The notes under the pieces: generated by a model
Told to the model about the DNA's origin: nothing
Databases searched by the model: none
What the model saw: only the letters and a program-made list of their open reading frames with translations
Shown here: positions 28,554 through 37,237 of the stretch, one piece after another
How positions within the stretch are numbered: position 1 is the stretch's first letter
Layout: the number at the start of each line of letters is the position of its first letter
Position numbers and translations under genes: made by a program
DNA from: an uncultured Candidatus Saccharibacteria bacterium
GTDB taxonomy: Bacteria > Patescibacteriota > Minisyncoccia > Phycocordibacterales > UBA9973
Assembly: GCA_964532495.1 (NCBI GenBank)
Contig: CAZHJZ010000001.1
Span: 44,644 to 108,643, forward strand
Reading direction: 5' to 3'
Length of the DNA: 64,000 nucleotides

Positions 28554-29342
28554 TTATTTAGCCACTTCAAGCCATGTCAGTTCGTTGATATTGACGGGCG
28601 ATGTTAAGAGAAACGTCTGCACTGGATCACGAGGATCGGTAATGCTTTTTGCCACCACGGCAACTATAGCTGAATGAATTCCAGGCAACAGAACATTCAT
28701 GTTAGGTTCAAGGCTTATGTCTCGTGGGATCTTCAATTCAAAATTCCCTCCCCCGCGACCCAGAAGCTCTACATCAATATTTTTTTCTTCGAGGCGGCCA
28801 TTTGTTTTTTGCCCGGACGTAGAAAAGAGCGTCACGGTTGAAGTAGTGGCGGTTACTGATGTTATCGTTCCTACTGGAACCGTCTGGAATGCATATACGA
28901 GAGCGCCATTCGCAACGCCAAGATTGCTGCCGGCATCAATAACAACAGTGTCATACAACGATCGTCCTGGCTTAACTAGAATCGAGGCGAGCACGTATGC
29001 GCTCGCTGGCTTTCGTCCATATAACTCTTTCAATGCATCATTTTCTAGCTGTAAAACCTTTCGTTCGGCTAATTGCGTTTCTTGCTCTAAAATCTTATTT
29101 TTCAAAGCAGTATTTTCTGCCTCAAGGGCGCGTTTGGATTTGAAATTAGCAAAAAAGTTTTTTGTATTTCCTCCGATATTATTTTCAAGATTCCAGAGTG
29201 GAGCAAAAACCTGGCGAAGCCCTCGGCCGAATGCCGGAAAGATCATCGGAGCTATGACAAGAAAAAGAACAAGCACTGCGATACTCGCAATGATCTTGGT
29301 CTTAGTATTTTTTCTTCTATTTTTATCTCGGAGAGATTGCAT
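28554..29342 (-). CDS. mreC: rod shape-determining protein MreC
   Basis: N-terminal TM helix, a coiled-coil segment (ENTALKNKILEQETQLAERKVLQLENDALKEL), then a beta-rich domain. It overlaps the mreB stop by 20 nt. Confidence 0.7.
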   Translation of the reverse strand: MQSLRDKNRRKNTKTKIIASIAVLVLFLVIAPMIFPAFGRGLRQVFAPLWNLENNIGGNTKNFFANFKSKRALEAENTALKNKILEQETQLAERKVLQLENDALKELYGRKPASAYVLASILVKPGRSLYDTVVIDAGSNLGVANGALVYAFQTVPVGTITSVTATTSTVTLFSTSGQKTNGRLEEKNIDVELLGRGGGNFELKIPRDISLEPNMNVLLPGIHSAIVAVVAKSITDPRDPVQTFLLTSPVNINELTWLEVAK

Positions 29343-30369
29343 CTTGGCTTTCGATTAGTACCTCTTTATAAAAATCGAGATCGTCGAGAACCACGCCGCA
29401 TCCGCGAGCGACCGCGGTCAAAGGATCTTCAGCAATATAGACAGGAATTTTCAACACATTCTGAAGGAGCACATCAAGGCCGTTCAAGAGCGCGCCGCCT
29501 CCAGACAAAATAATACCGCGGTGCATAACATCTCCCAAAATTTCCGGTGGCGTAGTTTCAAGCACTTCTTTTACTCCGTCGATAAGCTGATTGATAGACG
29601 CGCCGATAGCTTCACGAATATCGGAATCAGTAATGATGACTTCGCGCGGCAATCCAGAAACCATATCGCGTCCGCGAACCTGTGCCTCAAGATAGTTGCC
29701 TGGAAGTACTGATGCTACGGCCATTTTCACGCTTTCAGCCGTCTTTTCACCAATGAGAATTTTAAATTCGTCTTTCAAATATGTAATGATATCGCTGTTC
29801 AATTTGTCACCTGCAACCTTAAGATTCTTTGAACGGACAATTCCAGATAGAGAAATAACTGCGATGTCAGTCGTACCTCCGCCAATATCGATAATCATTG
29901 AGCCAACTGCTTCTTTGATGGGCATTCGAATACCAACAGCAGCAGCCATTGGTTCTTCGATCAAGTAAACTTCACGAGCACCTGCTGACTTTGCGGCATC
30001 ATACACTGCGCGAGATTCTACGTTAGTTACACCCGATGGAATACCCACAACAACGCGAGGTCGGAACATTTTTTTGGAAATCTTTTCTGTTTTGCCGATA
30101 AGGTATGCAAGCATTTCTTCGGTAACTTCAAAGTCTGAAATGACTCCATCGATCAGTGGGCGGATTGCTTTGATATGTCCCGGAGTTCGGCCAAGCATTT
30201 GCTTTGCCTCAGTACCAACAGCAACAATCTGTCCAGTCTTTTGGTTAACTGCAACAACGGACGGCTCATTAATAACGATGCCGTGCCCCTTGAGGTACAC
30301 CAAAGTATTGGCCGTTCCGAGGTCAATGCCGATATCATTTGAAAATAGTTGGTACAGCTTGTTAAACAT
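29323..30369 (-). CDS. mreB: rod shape-determining protein MreB (actin homolog)
   Basis: IGIDLGTANTLVYLKGHGIVINEPSVVAV...GMPTGITNVESRAV-like motifs. 348 aa. Confidence 0.9.
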   Translation of the reverse strand: MFNKLYQLFSNDIGIDLGTANTLVYLKGHGIVINEPSVVAVNQKTGQIVAVGTEAKQMLGRTPGHIKAIRPLIDGVISDFEVTEEMLAYLIGKTEKISKKMFRPRVVVGIPSGVTNVESRAVYDAAKSAGAREVYLIEEPMAAAVGIRMPIKEAVGSMIIDIGGGTTDIAVISLSGIVRSKNLKVAGDKLNSDIITYLKDEFKILIGEKTAESVKMAVASVLPGNYLEAQVRGRDMVSGLPREVIITDSDIREAIGASINQLIDGVKEVLETTPPEILGDVMHRGIILSGGGALLNGLDVLLQNVLKIPVYIAEDPLTAVARGCGVVLDDLDFYKEVLIESQDAISPR

Positions 30370-30372
30370 GAT

Positions 30373-31632
30373 TTATTTCAGAAAACTAACAATGGTTTCA
30401 AACGGAATAATTTCGCCTTTTTCAGCGGTTCGTTTCTTGAGCTCAAATCCGCCCTCTTTGAGACTTCGCTCGGAAACTACAATTCGATATGGCATGCCGA
30501 GCAAATCAGAGTCATTGAATTTTTCACCATTTGACACCCCAGCTCGATCGTCAAAGAGAACTTCAACACCAGTCTCGTTGAGTTCCATATACAATTTTTC
30601 TGCGCGCATTTTTACGACGTCAGAATCACCAAGAACGAGCAGGTGTACTTTGAATGGAGCAACAGATTCGGGCCAGACAATTCCTTTGTCATCAGAGAGG
30701 GCTTCAACAATCACGCCCATGAGGCGCGTAAGGCCAATACCGTAACAACCCATGATAGGCTGCTTTTCAGATCCGTCCGCAGTTTTGTACGTGAAATTAA
30801 AATCTTTTGAGTATTTCTGTCCGAGATCGAAAATGTTTCCAACCTCAGAAGCTTTTGCCGCAGACATTGTTCCCTTTCCGCATTTCTCACATGTGTCGCC
30901 TTCTTTCTGTTTTGAAACTTCGACGTTTGCGCAGTGAGTGCATTCGTTACAGTACAAAATATCGTCCTCACCTGCATCAGTAAGCACCATGAATTCATAT
31001 GAAAGTTTTGTAGTGAAGCTGCCGCCTGATGCTTCTGTTGCCTTCGCAACAAGACCCATGCGTGTGTAGAGCTTGAGGTATGCTTCTTTTGCGATCTGAT
31101 AGAAACGGTCAAAGTCTTCCTGAGAATCATGAAAGCTGTACATGTCTTTCATCAAGAATTCTCGTCCGCGCATGATACCGGATTTTGCACGAAGTTCGTC
31201 ACGATATTTTTGTCCGATCTGGTAGACAGCAACTGGAAGATCCTTGTATGAGTCTACATATTCCTGAACGATTGGCGTAACAATTTCTTCTTCGCTCTGT
31301 CCAAGCGCATATTCTTTTTCGGTGCGACTCTGGATCTTAAAAAGCACGTCTACGTTATCCCAGGCTCCTGTCTGCTTCCAAGGTTCGCTTGGATGCAAAG
31401 TAGCCATAGTAATTTCCTGTCCACCGATGGCGTTCATTTCTTCGCGGATAATTGCTTCGATTTTGCGGAGAACTCTCCAACCGAGCGGCAAATATGAATA
31501 CACCCCTGCCATCTCCTTGTGGACAAAGCCGGCACGTATTAAAAGCTTGGCATTCTTGGACATTTCGTCCTTTGGGTCCTCTCTTTTTGTCTTGGTGAAA
31601 AGTTGTGATTGTCTCATATATTGTATACGCAT
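30373..31632 (-). CDS. proS: prolyl-tRNA synthetase (short form without editing domain)
   Basis: MRQSQLFTKTKREDPKDEMSKNAKLLIRAGFVHKEMAGVYSYLPLGWRVLRKIE matches the ProRS N-terminus, and class II motifs are present. 419 aa. Confidence 0.8.
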   Translation of the reverse strand: MRIQYMRQSQLFTKTKREDPKDEMSKNAKLLIRAGFVHKEMAGVYSYLPLGWRVLRKIEAIIREEMNAIGGQEITMATLHPSEPWKQTGAWDNVDVLFKIQSRTEKEYALGQSEEEIVTPIVQEYVDSYKDLPVAVYQIGQKYRDELRAKSGIMRGREFLMKDMYSFHDSQEDFDRFYQIAKEAYLKLYTRMGLVAKATEASGGSFTTKLSYEFMVLTDAGEDDILYCNECTHCANVEVSKQKEGDTCEKCGKGTMSAAKASEVGNIFDLGQKYSKDFNFTYKTADGSEKQPIMGCYGIGLTRLMGVIVEALSDDKGIVWPESVAPFKVHLLVLGDSDVVKMRAEKLYMELNETGVEVLFDDRAGVSNGEKFNDSDLLGMPYRIVVSERSLKEGGFELKKRTAEKGEIIPFETIVSFLK

Positions 31633-31789
31633 ACTACCCTAAAAGAGGGGTTTTTACAAACCCTCTCCATTTGCAACAAAAGGTAACAAAATCACTATTG
31701 AATATTTAATACCTGTTGCCTGCGCCGACGAAAATTCCCTCGACGGAGCTCGGGAGATTTTGTCGGGCTCCGGCGTCCCGTATTTTATG

Positions 31790-32563
31790 TTATGAGGTCT
31801 TTTTTAATTCCAAGCACATAAACATCGGAAACTCCTTTCTCGCCTTATCCTCTGCTTTTTGTCTTGGTCCTGCCTGAGAAGCTTTGTGGGAAATCCATTC
31901 TTCTAGACGAGTCACGGCGAAACCATTCTTACTGAACAATTTGAAGTAAAACTGGAGCGGACGGTGGAATGAAATTGTTTTCTCGGTATCCTTTTTGCCT
32001 GGGTGCATTTCAATTGAAATAGTCTTCTCTGACATATATGAATCCATACGGCGATACTGCACGCCTTTCTTTTCATCAAATCCCCAATCGCTTGCTTGCG
32101 GGATTCGGAATGCAGGATGGTTCAAAACCAAAATAATTTTTCCGTTTTCTTTCAACACTCGTGAAAGTTCTTTCATTACCTCTGGAAGGTTTTCAATATT
32201 TTGAAATGCCAAAACACAGACCACAATATCAACTGATGTATTCTTCAAAAATCCGAGCTTGTGAGCTGGGCTCACATGATACTCAATGCCTCGTGCACCG
32301 CTTTTTTTGACTGCAAATGCAATCAGTTCTTTGGAAATATCTGCGCCGATCGTCTCTGCGCCAGCTTCGCGTATCATGCGAGTGAAATATCCTTGTCCAC
32401 AGGCAAGATCAAGTACTGTCGCCTTTTTTACTTCGCCGAGAAGTCGAAGCAAGTTTGGGCGGATTACTTTTGCCTGGTATGAATCATCAGAATCAAGCAG
32501 CTTGTCGTACCATTCCGCTGCTTCTCCCCATGATGTATTTTTTACTGAATTCTTTTTTTCCAT
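31790..32563 (-). CDS. class I SAM-dependent methyltransferase
   Basis: VLDLACGQGYFTRMI is the SAM-binding motif I. 257 aa. Confidence 0.7.
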   Translation of the reverse strand: MEKKNSVKNTSWGEAAEWYDKLLDSDDSYQAKVIRPNLLRLLGEVKKATVLDLACGQGYFTRMIREAGAETIGADISKELIAFAVKKSGARGIEYHVSPAHKLGFLKNTSVDIVVCVLAFQNIENLPEVMKELSRVLKENGKIILVLNHPAFRIPQASDWGFDEKKGVQYRRMDSYMSEKTISIEMHPGKKDTEKTISFHRPLQFYFKLFSKNGFAVTRLEEWISHKASQAGPRQKAEDKARKEFPMFMCLELKKTS

Positions 32564-32575
32564 AGTAGTACGTAA

Positions 32576-33784
32576 TTATTCAAGCGGAACAACTGAGCGG
32601 TAACGCCAACCTTCAAAGAAGAGACTGATGAGTTTCTTCGGAGATAGTATTCCGGCGAAATAAACAAAGTCGATTACATGACGAAGCATGTATCCAAACA
32701 TTCCATAAATCTTAATGCCATGCCAGACAAAGACCCCCCATCCTTCACCCACGGGAATTGAAAATGCCACCGGCTTCGGCACGTATTCTTTTAGATTTTT
32801 CTTTTGCAAGACAGCGCCGATTGCGCGCGCAACATACACTCCGTCATAAATAGCTGTCTGAGCCAAGCCGCTGTATTGGGTTCCGGCAGCATCCCCCGCC
32901 ACGAACACATAATCAAATCCGACGGCGCGCATGTATTCATCCACGAGTACTCGCTTCTTTGGTGAAAACGTCAGTCCTTCTATCTTTTCAAAAAGCGCGT
33001 TCAACTTTGTTCCTGCAGTCCAGATAAGCGTCTTTGCTTTCATACTCATATCTTTCAAATATACTTGCTCTACTTCTTCTGAAACAAGCTGACGGTTAAG
33101 AAATACATTTACACCGAGTTTGCGGAGCCGCGCCAAAATTTTTGCAGATACTTTTGGATCGACAGCTGGCACGAGACGATTATTAGATTCAATAAGATCG
33201 ATAGTTACGAGTGACGGATCAACAGTGTAATGATCGGCAAGTTTCTTCATATAGGCAGTCAGATCGCCTGCAACTTCTACTCCTGATGGACCGCCGCCGA
33301 CAATGACAATATGAAAATGGGAAACTAACTCCGAATTGTCTGGGTGCGCATGGTTTTCGAACAAGAGGTGCAAATGCTTTTTAAGGTTAACTGCTTCCTT
33401 CACGGACTTGAATCCGAGCGCGAGGTCGGTCAAACCTGGAAGATTGAAATATGTTGTTTCGCTTCCAAGCGCGAGGACAATATAATCAAATTGATAGACA
33501 CTGCCCGACAAGCCAGTAACAGATTTGCCTTTTAGGTCTATGGCTGTTGCGCTATCAAGCACAATTCCTACTGATTTCGGAAGCATATCTGAAAGGGGCA
33601 CGCAGACTTCAATTGGAGAAGCTCCAGTGACAACTCGATACAGGGCAGGATAATATTCAAAATAAGACTTATTCGACATAAGCGTTACTTGTACATCTTT
33701 AAGCCCTAAATGTGACAACTGTCGGGCTGCCTCTATGCCAGCGAAACCGCCGCCGACAATAAGGACCTTTTTGGTTGGATTCAT
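32576..33784 (-). CDS. ndh: type II NADH dehydrogenase (NDH-2) / FAD-dependent pyridine nucleotide-disulfide oxidoreductase
   Basis: KVLIVGGGFAGIEAARQL and a second Rossmann segment IVIVGGGPSGVEVAGDL. 402 aa. Confidence 0.75.
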   Translation of the reverse strand: MNPTKKVLIVGGGFAGIEAARQLSHLGLKDVQVTLMSNKSYFEYYPALYRVVTGASPIEVCVPLSDMLPKSVGIVLDSATAIDLKGKSVTGLSGSVYQFDYIVLALGSETTYFNLPGLTDLALGFKSVKEAVNLKKHLHLLFENHAHPDNSELVSHFHIVIVGGGPSGVEVAGDLTAYMKKLADHYTVDPSLVTIDLIESNNRLVPAVDPKVSAKILARLRKLGVNVFLNRQLVSEEVEQVYLKDMSMKAKTLIWTAGTKLNALFEKIEGLTFSPKKRVLVDEYMRAVGFDYVFVAGDAAGTQYSGLAQTAIYDGVYVARAIGAVLQKKNLKEYVPKPVAFSIPVGEGWGVFVWHGIKIYGMFGYMLRHVIDFVYFAGILSPKKLISLFFEGWRYRSVVPLE

Positions 33785-33952
33785 GCAAATAAGTATACTA
33801 TATCTCCCTTTATAAGCCTATAAATCAAGCATATTTTGACATTTGTAAGATTTGGTGTCTTGCTGCGTCTCTACCTATGAAGCCAGCACATTTCGCTGTT
33901 TCAGACCGAAACCAACAAAAAACAATTTTTAACTAAACCCCCAATTTTTACT

Positions 33953-34126
33953 ATGGAATTCCTGCACATCCTTTTCGCCCACTTAGAAACATTCCGTAAT
34001 GTCGTAATGGCTATTCCGGAAAGAAAATTACTTCCATTCGCATTCTTTGCCCCAATTGTATTCTTCGGAATCGCTCTGGCATGGACATGCATAAAACAAC
34101 GTAACTCGAACAATGAACCCGCGTAA
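33953..34126 (+). CDS. possible 57-aa single-TM protein (unlisted small ORF)
   Basis: Manual translation gives MEFLHILFAHLETFRNVVMAIPERKLLPFAFFAPIVFFGIALAWTCIKQRNSNNEPA. It is followed by the hairpin AAACCtGAATC-caa-GATTCgGGTTT plus TTTTT at about 34148..34180. Confidence 0.3.
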   Translation: MEFLHILFAHLETFRNVVMAIPERKLLPFAFFAPIVFFGIALAWTCIKQRNSNNEPA

Positions 34127-34242
34127 CCAACAGCAAAAAAGAAATTTTGAAAACCTGAATCCAAGATTCGGGTTTTTCCTCTTTATATTTTTGCCAGCAT
34201 ACGATACACTGTAAGAAGTGAAGTTCCCTTCCGTCTATATAT

Positions 34243-34764
34243 ATGAGCGCACCTGATTTACAAAAAACATTCATGCACGCATACGACACGTACAATGATG
34301 CCATTTTTAGGTATTGCTTGTTTGAGACATCTAACCGCGAGGTAGCGCTTGACCTGACCCAGGAAACATTTATAAAGGTCTGGCAGTATCTCGAGGATGG
34401 CAAAGAAATCGAACACACCAAAGCATTCCTCTACCGTGTCGCAGGCAACCTCGTTATCGACTACCGCCGCAAGAAAAAAAGCACGTCGCTCGATGACATG
34501 ATGGAAGAAGGTTTCGATGTCGAGCATGATGAGCGCGAACGATTGATGGACGGCTTTGACTCCAAGAAACTCATGGGTCTCCTCGAACAAGTCGGAGATA
34601 CCTATCGAGACATTATCATCATGAGATTCATCGACGACCTGACGATCAAAGAAATAGCCACTGTTACCGGGGAAAGCGAAAACAACATATCTGTGCGCAT
34701 CCACCGCGGCACTGAGAAACTCCGGCAACTCTATCTCGAAGCAGAACAAGGTTCAGGAAAATAG
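34243..34764 (+). CDS. ECF-type RNA polymerase sigma factor
   Basis: Sigma-70 region 2 (LTQETFIKVWQYL...YRVAGNLVIDYRR) and region 4 (DIIIMRFIDDLTIKEIATVTGESENNISVRIHRG). 173 aa. Confidence 0.8.
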   Translation: MSAPDLQKTFMHAYDTYNDAIFRYCLFETSNREVALDLTQETFIKVWQYLEDGKEIEHTKAFLYRVAGNLVIDYRRKKKSTSLDDMMEEGFDVEHDERERLMDGFDSKKLMGLLEQVGDTYRDIIIMRFIDDLTIKEIATVTGESENNISVRIHRGTEKLRQLYLEAEQGSGK

Positions 34765-34780
34765 AAACACAAAACATATT

Positions 34781-35734
34781 ATGGAAGACATATTTACACA
34801 ACTGAAAAAAGCCCAACGAATTCAGATGACTGCTCAAGAGCGGGATCGTATTCGACAGACACTGATACAAGTATCGGCCGGTTCTTCAGCTGCAAATAGT
34901 GTCCGCTCACCGCAAACTTCTCCATATATGACCCCTTCACCATTTACCCTCTTTGGCACACTTACTAAGGCTGCGGCTTTCCTTATCGTCGGCTTCATCG
35001 CAGGAGGAGCCTCACTTTCTTTTGCCTCCCTTAATTCACTGCCTGGAGATCGACTTTACTCCATCAAAACAGGAGTAACCGAAAAGATAACTACTGCATT
35101 CGCGTTTAGCACTGAGTCGAAGACTCGTTCGAAAGCGGATCATGTTGCTACCCGTGTCAGTGAAATTGCTGCAATAAAGCAAAGTGGTGCTATTAATGAC
35201 GCTCGGGTTGCAAGCGCAGCTCAGGCATCATTTACTGAAACGTTTCAAGACTACACAACGGCACTTACTGAGCTCAAACACGAAGGCCGCGTTGCTCGTT
35301 CCCAAGAAATTGCTCTAGCTACGCTCACGCAATTAAACACTGTTGCCCCAGCTCCAGTTGCTATTCCCGCAATGTCGATGACAAAAATTGCCGTTACTGC
35401 CACACCCATGAATGCTACGATCGCTGAACAAGCAGCAGACACAAGAGCAAACACCGCACTTGATACGGCACTCTTGCAAGCGGTCGGAGAGATACAGATA
35501 CTTGCTGAACCAGAGCAGCCTTCTATTCCTACTGATACTTTAATTCAGCTATCTCCAGACACTCTTACCCAGCCAGCTGAAACTACAACAAAACAAGAAA
35601 CAACTATTCCTTCCGTAAAACCAGCACCCGCAACTGAAACAAATGCTTCAGTAATTTCTGTGCCGGCAACAGAAACTGCTGCCCCTACAAAGCAGCCAGA
35701 ACAAACAAACGAACCTCTTACGAAAATTAGATAG
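34781..35734 (+). CDS. DUF5667-like membrane-anchored protein (putative anti-sigma partner)
   Basis: A TM helix followed by LPGDRLYSIKTGVTEKI, which matches the PGDxLYxIK motif of DUF5667. The C-terminus is T/P/A-rich and low-complexity. It sits immediately downstream of the ECF sigma gene. Confidence 0.55.
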   Translation: MEDIFTQLKKAQRIQMTAQERDRIRQTLIQVSAGSSAANSVRSPQTSPYMTPSPFTLFGTLTKAAAFLIVGFIAGGASLSFASLNSLPGDRLYSIKTGVTEKITTAFAFSTESKTRSKADHVATRVSEIAAIKQSGAINDARVASAAQASFTETFQDYTTALTELKHEGRVARSQEIALATLTQLNTVAPAPVAIPAMSMTKIAVTATPMNATIAEQAADTRANTALDTALLQAVGEIQILAEPEQPSIPTDTLIQLSPDTLTQPAETTTKQETTIPSVKPAPATETNASVISVPATETAAPTKQPEQTNEPLTKIR

Positions 35735-35744
35735 ATCCTTTATT

Positions 35745-37208
35745 TCAGGAGGAAGATTCCGCTCGTTCATTTTCAAGAAGAGCGGTTTTTCTATTTCCCG
35801 TTCTCAGGAATAATATAGAAAGCAGGATCGTAAATACCATAGCACCTAGGCCTATATATATTAGATATGCATTCCCCGAAGCCTGCTTTTTTGTTTCTTT
35901 TGCGTGCCCATCTGAGTTAGGAATACTACTGGTGACAGAAACTGTCTCTGTTACTGGTATTGATGTACGGGATGTCGGAGTGAGTGTTTTTATGGATGTA
36001 TTTTTTTTCTCAGCAATGATTGTTTTTGCTTTTTCCATAGATATACCAGAAGGATCGATAAGCAGCGTTTCAGTACTTGAATCTGAAAACTTAGATATCG
36101 ACGGAGGTATGATTATTTTTGCTTTTGGAAGAACAATCAGATGGGCTGGGAATACATAGGCTAATTCTTTTTGATCTAGCCTCCACCCCAGCAAGTCTAC
36201 TTCTTGATTGCCAGTATTTGAAATCTCAATAGAACCATCAGATGATACTGCAGTGATAAGCATGGAACTAGCCAATACTTTGATAATTTTGCGTGCAGTT
36301 GCTTCGGGCTTGGTTTGTCCTGGGTACCTATAATATTCAAGATAGAGTACATACTCGCCCGGATATGCATACGTGTACGAAAATTCATTTTTATCCTGAC
36401 GTATGATCGAGCCTCCGTCACCAAAGCTCCATAGAAAGTTGCCAGTAAATAATTCCTCCCCACTGTTTCCTGTTGCTTTAGAAGAAAAAAGCGCCGGAAC
36501 CCCAACAGTAAATTTGGAAGGCGTAATAATTTTTACTTCATATGGTACTGATTTAACCTTCACTACTCCTGATTTTGAAGCTGTTATCGGTGAACTCGGA
36601 GGGCCCGAAGCTTCGACACTAGAGTCCTGAGTATCAGCGGAACCCGAGTCATCGACTGGTTCAGCTGTATCGGATTCTGTGGATGTAAACTGATTTTGAT
36701 AACCTGGCGTCGGAATTGTCGGAACAAACAAATCATTATCATTTCTTGAAAGCGTGTTTCCATCTCCGCTAGCGCCCATTGAACTTGAATAAATCATAGT
36801 ATCAATAACTGTGCCGCTGCTGTTCACCATAGTCAAAGTTCCTGATGAATTGTTGAGCGACATGACAGTATCAATAACCGTACCCGTGTAGTTTGGATGA
36901 TCAGATAGGTATACTGATGCATTGCCGGTAAGAATGGCATACCCGCCGGGCTCTATTGAGAGTGTTCCCTGTCCGCCATTTCCAGGAGGGGTATTGAGCG
37001 TATGGCTTGAACTATCTGTAAATTTCCATCCAACGAGAGAGACCGATGTTGCCCCAGTATTATAAAGTTCTACCCATTCATGATCGGTGTCTGAGAGATC
37101 TTTTACGTCATAGAGGACTTCGTTGATGATGATAGAAGGTGCGGCGCGGGCGAAGCCCGCGCCGCACAAGCACACACATACAAAAATACCCAAGATTATT
37201 TTTTTCAT
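35745..37208 (-). CDS. lamin-tail-domain (LTD) protein, secreted with C-terminal TM anchor
   Basis: Signal peptide, two LTD motifs (IIINEVLYD...HEWVELYNTG and ITAVSSDGSIEISNTGNQEVDLLGWRL), an Asp/Ser-rich linker, and a C-terminal hydrophobic anchor with a basic tail. Confidence 0.65.
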   Translation of the reverse strand: MKKIILGIFVCVCLCGAGFARAAPSIIINEVLYDVKDLSDTDHEWVELYNTGATSVSLVGWKFTDSSSHTLNTPPGNGGQGTLSIEPGGYAILTGNASVYLSDHPNYTGTVIDTVMSLNNSSGTLTMVNSSGTVIDTMIYSSSMGASGDGNTLSRNDNDLFVPTIPTPGYQNQFTSTESDTAEPVDDSGSADTQDSSVEASGPPSSPITASKSGVVKVKSVPYEVKIITPSKFTVGVPALFSSKATGNSGEELFTGNFLWSFGDGGSIIRQDKNEFSYTYAYPGEYVLYLEYYRYPGQTKPEATARKIIKVLASSMLITAVSSDGSIEISNTGNQEVDLLGWRLDQKELAYVFPAHLIVLPKAKIIIPPSISKFSDSSTETLLIDPSGISMEKAKTIIAEKKNTSIKTLTPTSRTSIPVTETVSVTSSIPNSDGHAKETKKQASGNAYLIYIGLGAMVFTILLSILFLRTGNRKTALLENERAESSS

Positions 37209-37237
37209 AACCTCGAGTATAAATGCTGCGCCTGAAA

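Noticed and set aside
31633-31789. Possible T-box riboswitch in the proS leader (hairpin AGAGGGGTTT-ttac-AAACCCTCT followed by TTTTAGGGTAGTATGCG, which loosely resembles the T-box sequence AATTAGGGTGGTACCGCG)
   Set aside because: The T-box-like stretch lies 3' of the hairpin rather than forming its 5' arm. The bulge would be UAGU, not the UGGN needed to pair with tRNA NCCA. The leader is only about 155 nt with no recognisable specifier loop. More likely this is the upstream gene's terminator plus the proS promoter.
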